This document shows, piece by piece, positions 27,158 to 39,312 of a stretch of DNA of 64,000 nt. The first letter of the stretch is position 1. Every line of letters begins with the position of its first letter. The notes beneath the pieces are model-generated. The model was not told the origin of the DNA and did not search any database. It saw only the letters and a program-made list of their open reading frames with translations. Origin of the DNA: a virus (taxonomy: Duplodnaviria; Caudoviricetes); the IMG/VR virus record IMGVR_UViG_3300021399_000008, positions 1 to 64,000 of that record. One strand, 5' to 3'. A program made the translations under genes and the position numbers.

Positions 27158-27979
27158 ATGAGCCTTTTAAATGAAGACTGGGTATTCTCATACAGTCAGC
27201 TATCCGGCTTCGATGAGTGTCCTTACTCTCTGTATCTGGAAAAGATTGAGAAGAATCCTACTGTGCTTTCGAATGGTTTCGCTGAGTACGGGACTCTTAT
27301 CCATGATATTCTGGATGAGTGGGCAAAAGGGATCATCGACAGAGACGAGATGGTTCCAGTGTTCAAAGCCCGTTTCGGAAGAGAAGTACTGACTCCGTTC
27401 CCCAGAAGACTCAGAGATTACAAGGAAAAAGCTTTCGACCTCGGAGTGAAATACTTCGAGGACTTCGACAGCTTTGAGGGCTATGAGATTGTCTCCTCTG
27501 AAGACAAGTTCAGGAATAAGATCTGCGGAAGAAACTTCGTAGGGATTATTGACCTTGTTCTTAGAGATAAAGAGACAGGGAAACTCATAGTAGTCGACCA
27601 TAAGTCAAAGAGTCTGGCTACCTTCAAGAAAGAAGAAGACCATATGTACCGTCAGCAGTATCTGTACTCTCAGTATGTGTACGAGAAGTACGGTGAATGG
27701 CCTGAGACTCTGATGTTCAATCTCTTTAAAGAGAACGGGCTGAAGAAAACAAGACCTTTCTCGAAGGTAGAGTTCGACGAAGTAATGGTTTGGGCCAACG
27801 ATGTAATGGAACGGATGGAAACCTATGACCTGTTTGATTTCCTTCAGACGAAGGAAGTTCAGCTGACAAAGAAAGGAACGAAGAGAGAGGATATGTACTG
27901 CACAGAAATCTGCGATATGAGGGCAGTCTGTGAACAGGGTAATCCTGCTTTCTATAAGGATAGTTATGAGGAATTCTAA
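27158..27979 (+). CDS. PD-(D/E)xK nuclease (RecB/AddB/Cas4-like)
   Basis: SYSQL..F..CP, GIIDL, VDHKS, Q.YLY, C-terminal Cys cluster. Confidence 0.9.
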   Translation: MSLLNEDWVFSYSQLSGFDECPYSLYLEKIEKNPTVLSNGFAEYGTLIHDILDEWAKGIIDRDEMVPVFKARFGREVLTPFPRRLRDYKEKAFDLGVKYFEDFDSFEGYEIVSSEDKFRNKICGRNFVGIIDLVLRDKETGKLIVVDHKSKSLATFKKEEDHMYRQQYLYSQYVYEKYGEWPETLMFNLFKENGLKKTRPFSKVEFDEVMVWANDVMERMETYDLFDFLQTKEVQLTKKGTKREDMYCTEICDMRAVCEQGNPAFYKDSYEEF

Positions 27980-28017
27980 GAAAAAGAACTGACGAAAGCT
28001 GAAAGGAGGAACGACTG

Positions 28018-31000
28018 GTGGCACATGATTATGAACCATATCATCTGCACTCAATGTATTCGAATGCTCTGATGCCGCAGGTAGATTCGATGGCGAAGAT
28101 CGAACAGTATGCTGAAGTGATACACGAAAGAAATCAGAAGGTACTGTGTATTACAGAGCACGGCAACAGATCGAATGTATGGCTGCAGTTTGAGCAGGGA
28201 CAGAAGTATGGCCTGCTTCCACTGGCAGGAGCAGAAGCCTACTTCGTACCGAACAGAGACCCAGAACTGAAGGATAACAGGAACTTCCATCTGATTCTTA
28301 TCGCGAAGAACATGGAAGGTTTCTATCAGCTGAATACTATTCTCTCAGCTGCGAATATGACTGGGTATTACCGCAGAGCCCGTGTTGACTTTGATTTACT
28401 CAGCCAGCTTGACTACAGAAACTTTATCTGTACGACAGCCTGTGTCGCTGGTCCTGTCTCCGATCATGAAGGTGAACAATACTGTCAGAGACTGCACAGT
28501 ATCTTCAGGGAGAACTTCTATCTTGAGGTTCAGCCGCACCCTCAGAGAATTCAGATAGAACATAACAAGAGGATCATGGATCTGTACAGCAAGTATGGAT
28601 GGCCTCTGATCTTCGCGACTGACTCGCACTATGTAAAGCCTGAAGAGAAAGAGGATCGTAAGGAACTCCTTCTGTCAGCCTCTGGTCTCAGCTATGGCGA
28701 CGAGGATGAGTTCCTTCTTGACCTTCCAGATCCAGACGAAGCCTACAGGAGAATGGTTACTCAGGGGGTTCTGAGCCGCGCAAGAATCGAAGAGGCTATG
28801 GAGAACACTCTGATACTCAGAGAGTTTGAGGGTGTAAGCTTTGACCACGAAAGAAAGTTTCCGATCAGCAGACCTGACCTGACTCAGGAAGAGAGGAATA
28901 CTTTGTATAAGAGAATGGTCTGCTCAGGTTATATCGACAAGGCTGGAATGCCCAGCGAAGAGGAAGCCAAAGAGATCCATAAGGAACTGGATACGATTGT
29001 CGATACGAACAGCGCAGACTACTTTATCGGACTTCACGATATGATCAAGAAGGGACAGGAGAATGGCGGTATTCTGACGACTACCTCCAGAGGTTCCTGT
29101 TGTGGCTTCGTAAGTAATTATGCTCTCGGATTCACAACAATAAACCGATTCAAATCTCCTGTGAAAATGTACCCTGACAGATTTATCTCAAAGGCTAAGC
29201 TGGCTTCAGGTAGTATGCCTGATATAGACAGTAACCTCGCAAATGTTGAAGCTTTCGAGAAGGCGGGAAAGGAAATCTTCGGTGAACATGGCTGTTATCC
29301 TATGATTGCCTATGGCACAAACAAGACTTCCTCAGCCTTTAAGATGTTAGCCAGAGCCAGAGACCTTGACTTCCAGATATCGAACGCGATCTCGAAACAG
29401 ATAGCGACCTACGAACTTGATGTGAAGCACGCGAAAGAGAACAATGAAGACGATCCTGATTACGATGTCAACGATGACGTGCAGATCTCCGACTATGTTG
29501 AGGAGCAGTATCTTCAGTTAATCGAAGACAGTAAGCAGTATCAGGGGATTATCGTCTCAGTGACTCCGCATCCCTGTGCTCATCTTGTCTACCACAAAGA
29601 CCTGCGAAGAGAGATCGGTGTAATCAGACTGAAGGATAAGGCTGGTTCCAACGTTCCTCAGTACTGCGTCTATGTTGATGGTAAGACAGCTGATGAGTAC
29701 GGCTATGTGAAGAGTGACCTTCTTCGTGTCTCAGTCGTGAAGTTTATAAATGATACATTTAAAGCTATCGGAAGACCAGTTCCTACTTCTGATGAACTGA
29801 TCCAGTACGTCACAGATAATGAGGCTGTCTGGAAGATCTACGAGAATGGCTATACCTTCGGTGTGAACCAGGTGGAACAGGAGAAAACTCAGGAGAAAGT
29901 CAAGCGCTTTAAGCCACGGAATACTGTGGAATTAAGCGCTTTTATTGCGGCTATACGACCGGGAGCTAAGAGCTTAGTCAACGACTTCGTAAACAGGAAG
30001 CTGCACACATACGGTATTCCTGCGATGGATAAGCTTCTGAGATTAAACGGAGCTACAGGTGTGACTGGTCAGTCGAGTTTCCTTCTTTATGATGAGAATG
30101 TTATGACGCTTGCCGAGTCAGCAGGAGTAGATCCTGCCGACGCACAGGCTCTGATTAAGGCGATTAAGAAGAAGAAACACGACAAGGTAGCCGCCTATAA
30201 GGAACAGTTTATTCCTGGATTCAGGAAGTATCTGATTGAGAAGGAACACGCAGATCAGAAACTCGCTGAGAAAACAGCCGACGATGTCTGGACTGTGATT
30301 ATGAACTCAGCCAGTTATCTGTTTAATGCTTCTCATGCCTACGCTATGTGCCTTGACAGTCTGTACGGCGCGTACTTAAAAGTAATTGCTCCGTATGAAT
30401 TCTATACTGTTCTTCTGAAACACTACACGGAGAAGAAGAACAGCGAGAAGATCGCGAAGGCTATCTCGGAAATGAAAGCGTATATGGGGATCAATGTCGT
30501 GAATGGAAAATTCGGACAGGATAACAGAGACTGGTTCATCGATAAGGAACACAAGACAATCTCACAGAGTCTTCCGTCAATAAAGTTCCTGAATAGACAG
30601 AACGCTACGGATCTGTATGAGATTAAGGATCGCACAACGTTCTTCTCAGACTCAGACAGGCAGCTCCTCAATGAATACAATCATGCTATTGCGGAGAAGA
30701 ACGAGAAGATCCGTGAGTATAATGAGAAAGCTGAACAGGGAAAACGGAAGAAGAAGCTGAAGGATGAACTTCAGGGCATTGAAGTTAATGAAGTAAACTT
30801 CACTTACTTCACAGACTTCCTCAGGTTCGCCCAGATGCAAACTTCTCTCGGAACCCGTGAGTTGAAGATCCTGATCGAGCTGGATTACTTCTCGCCTTTC
30901 GGAAGGTCTGGGAAACTGATGAAGGTTTATAACGCTTTCTTCGAAGGTAAGGGAGAACTGAAGCCGCTGACAAAAGGGCTGAAGAATATAGAGAATATTC

Positions 31001-31407
31001 TCCTCAGACTTGAGGCCCTCAGGCAGTACGAAAAGAATCTGATCGACGAGGATCTGTGGATTGTCGACAGACTCACAGCTGAGAACGATAACATCGGACT
31101 CTGTCTCAGTAAGGATGACGAGGTTCCTTCGAACGTTTACTTTATCCAGACAGTAGACAATAAGTATGGCGGGAAGCTTGACCTCTACAGTATTCAGAGA
31201 GGTACAGCCGGACGAATGCGGATCAGGAAGAACCTGATCGAGAGTATGAATCTCGAGAAGAATGGCTGTATCGTAATCGATAAGTGGGCATCCAGACCTA
31301 AGTATTCCTATACGAACGGTAAGAGAACACCCAGCGGAGAGAATGAATTCTGGATAGAGAGATGCCACTTTCCGACAAGTAAAGCCAGTTAGAAAGAAGC
31401 GGTATAA
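28018..31407 (+). CDS. dnaE: DNA polymerase III alpha subunit (TAG at 31390; read-through ends at TAA 31407)
   Basis: PHP HLHS..S, TEHG, TDSHY; RGS, PDID, FNASHAYA. Confidence 0.95.
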
Positions 31408-31419
31408 GGAGTAGGAACT

Positions 31420-31758
31420 ATGGCTAAGATCAGAAGTATTACAGGATTCTTCGGTCAGAAGATCCATTACGACGAAAAAGGAAACCGGGTTGGCGAAAGT
31501 TGGCCCGGTCTTTTCGAAGGTTCTATGGAACACTACGATGCGTCAGGTGAACACGTCGGAAGTTCAATGCCTGGACTTATAAATGATTACGTTCACTACG
31601 ACGACGATAATAACTCAGTCGGATACAGTCAGCGCGGACTCTTCGGAACTACTCACCACTACTTAGTCGGCGGTAGCCACTATAGTAATGATGGTTACGA
31701 AGGAGATACAGTCGAAGGATTGTTTAGTTCCACTACTGATTTCGACTTTGATTTCTGA
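31420..31758 (+). CDS. small repeat protein (HYD..G..VG.S..GL repeats)
   Basis: 3-4 internal ~23-aa repeats. Confidence 0.75.
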   Translation: MAKIRSITGFFGQKIHYDEKGNRVGESWPGLFEGSMEHYDASGEHVGSSMPGLINDYVHYDDDNNSVGYSQRGLFGTTHHYLVGGSHYSNDGYEGDTVEGLFSSTTDFDFDF

Positions 31759-31775
31759 ACAGCAGGTGGTTTTAT

Positions 31776-32333
31776 ATGTTTCAGTTACCTTAGGTCTTCG
31801 CGAGAATAGGCAAGAACTAGTATATTCAGGGCTCTCGGATAACGACTATCCAGTCTTTACAGTCTCTTCAGGCGAGAGCTATCTACAAAGCCGAACGTCA
31901 CGCCAAGACTTTAATAAACGGTGCTGCTCCTCACGCAGCATAGTCCCTTGTCTACCTTGATAACGGTCAGGTTATCTCCAGCAGTCTGACTCCGAGACAG
32001 ATTATCTCTTCTATGACTGATGCTACAGGAAAAGAATTTCGCAGGAAACAGAAGCGGAGTACTCAGAAGATAGAAGTAGTCGATGTGAAACTGGATCCTC
32101 CTGATCCTGAGACTGACTACGATGCCGAAGACGTCCGTATAGCCACTGATCCCGAACTTGAATACGAAGAGTATAAGGTTTCGGATGAAGAGCTTCTCGG
32201 TAATCAGTTTAATCCTGACGAGGAAGAAGAGCCTGACGAAGAGCAGATTACGATGGAAGAACTCCTCGCTGAAGAAGACGAGGAAGAGGAAGACGTAGGA
32301 CTCGACGAAGACGAAGAAGAAGATCCCGAATAA
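31776..32333 (+). CDS. RemA/DUF370-like protein with an acidic tail; three in-frame TAGs
   Basis: ARIGKN*YIQGSRITTI...LIN......SLVYLDNGQVISSSLTP aligns by eye with RemA (INIGFGNIVSANRIIAI...LIDAT...AVIITDSDHVILSAVQP); in frame with the 32013 ORF. Confidence 0.75.
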
Positions 32334-32348
32334 AGAGAGGTAATAGAT

Positions 32349-33392
32349 ATGGTTACATCAGTTGAGCTTCTCAGCCCAGATACCAGCCGTGAAAAGGTTC
32401 GCGGCCTTATGAGTACGATTGCCCGTGGAACTCAGGGGGCTTACATTGATCTCGCGCTTATGTGCCGGACTCTCGTGGAGAAATACAACAACAGCTTCTG
32501 TGTTTCTCCTCTGGATTTTGGCGACATTACAATTAAGCTTGTTTCGAACCACCTGTTCAACGGCTCCGATTACAAGAACAAAGATTATACAAACTCGCAG
32601 ATCGAGGAAGTAAACAGCGATAATGAAACACATTACTTCGCGGATGATTATGGCTTTGCAATCTCAGTAACGAAGCACGAGGCCACGAAGTATGCCTGGG
32701 ATACCAGTAAAATGAACTTCGCGGAAAAACCTGATAAAGAAGTGTTCTATGTCCATATTATCAAGGGTTCTGTCGATACCTGGCGCTACTATCTGAAGGG
32801 TGTAATGAATCAGATTATCGAAGATCCTACCTGTGACGCTTACTATATTCTTTTCAACCTCTCGCATTATATTGCTCCGCTCTTCAGTGATCTTCTGGAT
32901 AAGTACGAAGATGCCATCAGAGAGAAAGAGGAAGCAGAGCGTAAGGCTGAAGAAGAACGGAAAGCCGAGGAAGCTCGTAAGTCTAAAGCCAAGCCTCCTA
33001 TCGGTGGGCTGACTGAGGAAGACTGGGCTACAATCAGAAAGGCTATGGACGAGAAGACGAAGAAGACTTCCTGTTCAAATAAAACAGAAAAGGAATCTGA
33101 ACCCAGGGATGTGGAAGATCTGATCTCTATCCTCAGCGAAGTTCTCGATATTGCAAAAAATGCAAAGAAGAACGGCGGTATCACGGGGAACGAGATCCTT
33201 AATCTTATAGCCAAGTACAGCGACGGTCTGGATATCCTGCACAGCAACGTCCTTGATTCTATGAGTAACTTCAATATGGACGACTGTGTGGATTATCTGA
33301 AGTACATCAGCATGATGACTGATGCATATCATGATCTGTTCCAGAATATTCTGGACAGTAATCCTGATATGAACTCTGAAGAGGAAGATTAA
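32349..33392 (+). CDS. hypothetical protein
   Basis: GAGG RBS, 347 aa. Confidence 0.8.
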   Translation: MVTSVELLSPDTSREKVRGLMSTIARGTQGAYIDLALMCRTLVEKYNNSFCVSPLDFGDITIKLVSNHLFNGSDYKNKDYTNSQIEEVNSDNETHYFADDYGFAISVTKHEATKYAWDTSKMNFAEKPDKEVFYVHIIKGSVDTWRYYLKGVMNQIIEDPTCDAYYILFNLSHYIAPLFSDLLDKYEDAIREKEEAERKAEEERKAEEARKSKAKPPIGGLTEEDWATIRKAMDEKTKKTSCSNKTEKESEPRDVEDLISILSEVLDIAKNAKKNGGITGNEILNLIAKYSDGLDILHSNVLDSMSNFNMDDCVDYLKYISMMTDAYHDLFQNILDSNPDMNSEEED

Positions 33393-33547
33393 TATACAGA
33401 GTTTCCCAGTAATTTACTGGAGAAATTAAACGAAAAATCGATTCTGTTTCGAGATGAAGAAGAACCTGGCTGTTCCCCTAAACAGCCAGGTCTCCCTTAA
33501 TTTTACAATAAAATTAGGGCAAAGTATTATAAACGGAGTGGATTATT

Positions 33548-36035
33548 ATGAACGTAATCAAACGTGACGGCAGAGAAGTAGCTTTCGACGAACAAAAAAT
33601 AGTCGATGCGATTCTCTCCGCTATGCGTGAAACGGAAACAGGAACCGATGAGGCACTGGCCAGGTTTATCGCGAACAAGATCGCTATCTCGAATAAGGAT
33701 ATGACAGTCGAAGAGATTCAGGATCTCGTAGAGAATTACCTGATGTCAAGCGACAGGAAGGATGTCGCGAAACAGTACATCCTGTACAGAGCTGAGCGTA
33801 CACGGAAACGTCAGATGGGTTCTGATATTGTGCGTCAGGTATGGGAGAAGACGAATGCATCTAACGTTGTGAACTCGAATGCGAACGTAGACGAACATTC
33901 TTTTGGCGGTAGAAAGAACGAAGCTGCTTCTGCGATCCAGAAGATTATAGCTCTTGATTATAATATGAGTCCTGATATCTCAGCTGCCCATAAGGATGGC
34001 TGGATCTATGAACACGATCTGGACTTCTATAACTTAGGCGGTGCGAACTGCCTGTTCCTTGACTTCAAACACATATTCGAGAACGGGTTCTCTACCCGTA
34101 ACGGAGATGTGAGATCACCAAGTTCTTATTCTACTGCCTGTCAGCAGGTAGCTGTTGCTTTTCAGCTGCAGAGTCAGTGTCAGTTTGGCGGCGTAGCCAG
34201 TCTGCATATTGACTACGATCTGGCTCCGTATGTAGCCAAGTCGTTCAGAAAACATTACGAAGATGGCCTTAAGTGGATTGAACATATTAATCAGCCTGAA
34301 TTTGGAGAGCTGAAAGAGAAAGCTTCTGTCGGCAATCCTGATCCTGCTCATTTGTCAGCTTATGATTACGCAGTTGAGATGCTTGAGCGCGAAGGGAAAC
34401 AGGCAAGTGAAGCTCTCTACCATAACCTTAATACGTTGGAAAGTAGAGCAGGAAGTCAGGTAGATAAAGTTGCCTGACGTAGCGGCGACGCTATGGAAAA
34501 ATCAATCGGGCAAATACGGTAGAACTCTCACGCAGACAATACCGTGGTAATCGGATAGATTTCGTAAGGCTGTCCGACACCGTAACGCGTAGGTGGTGAA
34601 TAAATATAATCCACCCAAGAGTGTCCGACTTCCCTCGCGGAAGAAGATGTACGCTGAACCGTGCACGAATTTACGTGCAGTTATGGGTGTGAACCCCGGA
34701 AGTAGATGATAAAAAGCTTCTACGATAACATATTGACCTTTTACCTCTATTAACTTCGGCAGAGATATATCTCCTGAAGGAAGACTGGTAACAAGATGGC
34801 TGCTCGAAGCTTCCCTATCGGGTATAGGCAAGCACCATCTCACAAGTATCTTCCCGATCAGTATCTTTCAGCTGAAGAAAGGTGTTAACTCCGATCCCGG
34901 AGATCCTAACTACGATCTGAAACAGCTGGCTATTAAGTCCCTGTCCAGAAGAATTTATCCGAACTTCGTGAACTGCGACTATTCAGAAGCTCATGAAGAT
35001 TTGAATAACATCGATACTTTCTACGGTACTATGGGATGTCGGACGAGCATCGGTTTAGATGTTAATGGATTAGGATATCAAAGAGTAGGTCGTGGAAACA
35101 ATGTACCTATTACAATTATCCTTCCTAAGATCGGTATTGAATACGGTATTTGTACAGGAAAGAGACAGACTCCTGATCTCGAAGGATTCTGGAAGAAACT
35201 GGATGAGCTGCTTGCTCTGACAGAGAAAGCTTTCCTTGAACGCTGGGAAATCATGAAGAGTCAGAGTCCTAAAGCCGCAACATTTATGTATCAGAACGGA
35301 ACGATTGCCGATGCTGACAAATGTACCGACACAGTTGAGCCAGCTCTGATTCATAACACGTTTGCGTTTGGTTATATTGGTATCGCTGAGATGTGTGAAG
35401 CTCTCTTCGGTACGAACCATGCAAAGGACGCGAGAGCTCATGCTTTTGCTCTGAAAGTTGTAGCTCGGATTAACCAGTACGCTAAGGAATTCACTCAGAG
35501 AAACAAGCTGAATGGTTCCTGCTATGCCACTCCAGCTGAGAGTCTGTGCTACACAGCGATGACGAAGCTGAAGAGTCAGTATGGAATTATCCATAACGTA
35601 ACTGACAGAGACTGGCTCACGAACTCGCACCATGTTCCTGTGTGGGAGAAGGTTTCTATCTACGATAAGCTCAGGATTGAAGCTCCTTTCTGCAGATATC
35701 CTACTGGCGGCTGCATTACGTACATCGAATGCGAGTCGACTTTTATGAATAATACTCAGGCTATAGAAGATATTATTGACTATGCTTCGAACCTGGACAT
35801 TCCTTATCTTGCTTTTAATTTCCCGATTGACACCTGTCTGGATTGCGGATATCAGGGTGAGTTCGATAACGAATGTCCTGAATGCGGAGGAAAGAATATC
35901 CTTCAGCTGAGAAGAGTAACTGGATACCTGACTCAGGATTACAGGAACTTTAACCACGGAAAACAGGAAGAGGTTAAAGCCAGAGTAAAGCACTCTGCTT
36001 ATACTGACTTCGGAGGAAACAACTTTGGACGATAA
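33548..36035 (+). CDS. nrdD: anaerobic ribonucleoside-triphosphate reductase, join(33548..34461,34736..36035)
   Basis: ATP cone VIKRDGR; splicing restores ESRAGSQVPFTSINFG; MGCR, ATPAE, TNSHH, C-terminal CxxC pairs and RRVTGYL. Confidence 0.95.
34462..34735 (+). mobile_element. group I intron (274 nt, no homing endonuclease ORF)
   Basis: 5' exon ends in U with P1 GTCAGGT/GCCTGAC (U-G pair); terminal G; P7-like GCGTA/TACGC; removal restores the frame. Confidence 0.9.
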
Positions 36036-36561
36036 TATTGTTCTCAGCCATCGTGGGTATCCATTTTTATCTGGCGTTAACTACGAAAGTCTGGTAGACG
36101 GAAGTGGTGTAAGGACAGTCGTGTTTATCTCCGGCTGTCCTCACCACTGTTTTAATTGTCACAATCCTGAGACATGGAATCCATGGTACGGGAAACTTTG
36201 CGATGCGAAAATGATTCAGGAGATCGCCGAAGAGTACGCAAAGAGAAAGGATTACCTAGCTGGTATTACTCTTAGCGGTGGAGATCCTCTATGGGATACG
36301 GAGAAAACGTACTGGTTACTTAACGATTTGGAAGATGCGATCTATGAGCGGACAAAGCAGAGCCATGTGAATCTCTGGATTTACACAGGGTATACATGGG
36401 AAGAGCTTATGGCCAGAGAAGATACGTTTCTTAAATCAATTCTGAATAAAACAGACGTTCTTGTTGATGGTCCGTTTGTTCAGGATCTGGCAGACAAACG
36501 ACTGGCTTTCAGAGGTTCAAGTAACCAGAGAATCTTACAGGTTCAGGAATTGCTGAAATGA
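36025..36561 (+). CDS. nrdG: anaerobic RNR activase
   Basis: ESLVDGSGVR, GCPHHCFNCHN, SGGDP, RGSSNQR. Confidence 0.95.
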   Translation: MDDNIVLSHRGYPFLSGVNYESLVDGSGVRTVVFISGCPHHCFNCHNPETWNPWYGKLCDAKMIQEIAEEYAKRKDYLAGITLSGGDPLWDTEKTYWLLNDLEDAIYERTKQSHVNLWIYTGYTWEELMAREDTFLKSILNKTDVLVDGPFVQDLADKRLAFRGSSNQRILQVQELLK

Positions 36562-36656
36562 AACTTGTTATGCTTATTTCAGCAGTAATAAGAGGAAACT
36601 GTCAATTTAATCTTGGCTATTGTAATCTTGGCTGTATTAGTGGCTATGAGGTAAAC

Positions 36657-36935
36657 ATGAGCGATAAAGAAGAAAAGAAAGATATTTCCGTAGACGATAT
36701 CAAGTTCATGAACGTTCTTCTTACAATCCCTGAGAACTCCGTTCAGGTAATAGTTAATGTAAAGACTATGGAAAACGGAGAGATTGTAGGCATAGTAGGA
36801 ACATACGGTCCGAAAGATATCAGAGAGATCCGATCTGATTTCCTTGAAGCTGTTCCTGATGGAGATGACTGGAACGCAGTCTATACTCTTACGGATGAAG
36901 GTCAGAAGTACGTTGATAAATACTTAAAGAAATAA
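36657..36935 (+). CDS. hypothetical protein
   Basis: GAGGT RBS before ATG 36657. Confidence 0.7.
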   Translation: MSDKEEKKDISVDDIKFMNVLLTIPENSVQVIVNVKTMENGEIVGIVGTYGPKDIREIRSDFLEAVPDGDDWNAVYTLTDEGQKYVDKYLKK

Positions 36936-36990
36936 GGCCGCTCACTCTGCGTACGCATACCGTTCGCGGGAGCAGGTGGAGGAGACTAAT

Positions 36991-37185
36991 ATGAATATAT
37001 TTCAGGCTATAGCTAAGCTCACAAAAGAACCTAAAGGAGCTTATGCTTGTAGATTCGGCAAACCATGGCGGCTGGAAACGGCCAATGACTAGCTCTTCGC
37101 TATATCCGAAGGCGGTATGCTCCATATGTGGTGTCCTACTGTCGAAGATCTTCAGGCAGAAGACTGGATGGTAGTGAGGTGTTAA
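36991..37185 (+). CDS. DUF2829/Tad2-like small protein with in-frame TAG at 37090
   Basis: GGAGG RBS; MNIFQAI...W.PTVEDLQAEDWMVV C-terminal motif. Confidence 0.7.
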
Positions 37186-37186
37186 G

Positions 37187-37855
37187 ATGTCCACTACTGT
37201 AATTGGACTGGAGGAAAAGCCATCAATAAACGAAGTGGCTGCGGTACAGAAAAACCGCTTCACTGTTCTGGCTGGTGACTTGTCTATGAACTATCCTGGA
37301 TTCTGCGTTATGGATCTAAAAAAGGTGAACGGTTCGTGGAGAATTACTGGCCTGAAGATCTCTTCGATTAAGCGCAGCCACAAAGACGAAACACATGGAG
37401 AAGCTCTGGTTACGATAGGGAAGCATCTGCAGGAACTCTTCGGCCACGAGATGCCAAACTTCCTCGTAAGAGAGAAGGCCCTTGTTGGCCAGCGAAACGG
37501 GTTCACTCCGCAGAATCAGATGGCTATCTTTAAGGTGGTTGGTGTAATTGACATCCTGACTACGATCTGGTGGCGTAAGTTCACAGAGAGTGACAGGCAG
37601 TATCGATCCAGACAGTGGAGTGAGATCGCGGCTACAACTGTAAAGAAGCTGATTACCGGGCAGGGAAAGGCTGACAAGAACGAAGTAGCTGAAGGAGTTA
37701 TGAAATACCTGAAGCTCTACTGTGATGTTGACCTTGGAGACGAACCCTTCAATAACGATAACGAGAGTGATGCTACAGCTGTGGCTCTGGCGTGGTTGTT
37801 ATCCAAAGGCGTAATCACTCCGATTAAAGAAGAGGAGAACTTGAAATGCGGTTAA
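37187..37855 (+). CDS. ruvC: RuvC-like Holliday junction resolvase
   Basis: LAGDLS...PG, VRE, VKKLITG.GKADK, NESDA.AVA. Confidence 0.85.
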   Translation: MSTTVIGLEEKPSINEVAAVQKNRFTVLAGDLSMNYPGFCVMDLKKVNGSWRITGLKISSIKRSHKDETHGEALVTIGKHLQELFGHEMPNFLVREKALVGQRNGFTPQNQMAIFKVVGVIDILTTIWWRKFTESDRQYRSRQWSEIAATTVKKLITGQGKADKNEVAEGVMKYLKLYCDVDLGDEPFNNDNESDATAVALAWLLSKGVITPIKEEENLKCG

Positions 37856-38202
37856 AGACAGTTCACCTGTATTCAATTCTGATGGGACTGAAAAGAGGCG
37901 TAGTTCCTCAGACAATCTATGAATCCGTGGATTATCCCGGTGTTCCCGGAGTAAACTACTACTTCACTTCACTGAAGGCCAGAAATAAGGATGTACTCAT
38001 TGAGTATCTTAAGAAGACATATGGCAGTGACCTTCTCAGAGAATCGCTCGTGATCCAGAAGTTTGCTACTCTGGAAGTACAGAATCCTTCGAACATTATT
38101 CCTCTCAGCCAGGAAGAGTATGACTACCTGTTCAACAATAAGGACGGAGATAAACCGATGCCTTACGCGGAGAAGATTATGGGAGCTGATAACAATGGCT
38201 GA
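37846..38202 (+). CDS. hypothetical protein
   Basis: coupled ORF. Confidence 0.65.
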   Translation: MRLKTVHLYSILMGLKRGVVPQTIYESVDYPGVPGVNYYFTSLKARNKDVLIEYLKKTYGSDLLRESLVIQKFATLEVQNPSNIIPLSQEEYDYLFNNKDGDKPMPYAEKIMGADNNG

Positions 38203-38701
38203 GGTAGTAGGAAAGTTCTCGAAGGTTTCACTCGAGCAGTTTATCGATGACTACAGGAACGTCGTATCTCCTGAAGAGAGCGAAGAGACAATCGCGAAGA
38301 TCTATGAACAGATCACTCTGCCTGAAAGAAGTACTCAGGGTTCAGCTGGCTACGACTTCAAGCTTCCTATTCCAGCCTTCTTCGACAGTAATATCCCGTT
38401 TACGATTCCAACTGGGATCAGGGCTGAGATTAAACCTGGGTGGTTCCTGATGCTTGTACCTCGTTCAAGTCTCGGGTTTAAATACGGTATGAGACTGAGG
38501 AACACAGCTGGGATTATCGACAGTGACTATGCTTTCGCTGATAACGAAGGCCACATTATGGCTAAGGTCGTGTTCGATGAGTACTGCTGCCTGAATGACG
38601 GCGACAAATTCATGCAGGGAATTTTCGTTCCATATGGTATCACAGACGGTGATGCCACTAAAGGGAAAAGAACAGGAGGTTTCGGTTCAACTGGAACCTG
38701 A
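38195..38701 (+). CDS. dut: trimeric dUTPase
   Basis: SAGYDF, PRSSLG, GIIDSDY, QGIF, RTGGFGSTG. Confidence 0.95.
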   Translation: MAEVVGKFSKVSLEQFIDDYRNVVSPEESEETIAKIYEQITLPERSTQGSAGYDFKLPIPAFFDSNIPFTIPTGIRAEIKPGWFLMLVPRSSLGFKYGMRLRNTAGIIDSDYAFADNEGHIMAKVVFDEYCCLNDGDKFMQGIFVPYGITDGDATKGKRTGGFGSTGT

Positions 38702-38821
38702 GAACAGGAGATTAACTAGTAAATGGTAACTGTATTGACAGTAAATATGCAGCACGCACTGATCATTGGATTGATCGGATTTGTTGCTTACCTTCTTGCA
38801 GCCGACTATGAGGAATAAGAT

Positions 38822-39127
38822 ATGCCGACACAGCTAAGATGGGTCCAAAGACCACCAAACCATGAGATACTCGTATAGAGTACAGATGAACAGGGTGACA
38901 ACGTCCTCGCTGATATTACCTACAGAAACGAAAGTAAGACAGAGTGGGCGTTCACAACGGCTATTAAACAGATTCCTACGATCTCAGCCGACAGTGACGT
39001 AACAGACACGAAGCGGTGTATTATCTACGATCTGATTAAGTTTTTCCAGGAGAGAAAGCATCAGAACGAAGAGATACTTGAGCAGTTGGAATCTATTAAG
39101 CCGAAAGTAAAGGAAGACCTGGAGTAA
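38822..39127 (+). CDS. hypothetical protein with in-frame TAG at 38876 (absent from track)
   Basis: GAGG RBS; a 101-codon frame fills the gap only if TAG is sense. Confidence 0.7.
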
Positions 39128-39145
39128 TCCGGGTCTTTTCTATAT

Positions 39146-39219
39146 GCCGAAGTGGCGCAACAGGCAGACGCAGCGGACTTAAAATCCGTAAGTTGTGGGT
39201 TCGAGTCCCATCTTCGGTA
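39146..39219 (+). tRNA. tRNA-Leu(TAA) with a short variable loop
   Basis: cloverleaf; anticodon loop CTTAAAA; discriminator A. Confidence 0.9.
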
Positions 39220-39312
39220 CTCGTCAGGAGGAGTCTTGGCGATAAGTTTAGAGGAAGGGTACAGGGCATACACCCTTCCTCTGTCTTTATCTTGTTTTGT
39301 CCAGCCGCTCTC

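Noticed and set aside
27158-27979. Cas4 of a CRISPR system
   Set aside because: Sits in the replication module; stand-alone PD-(D/E)xK nucleases are common in phages.
33548-36035. nrdD pseudogene or two separate genes
   Set aside because: Removing a group I intron restores the conserved SQVPFTSINFG in frame.
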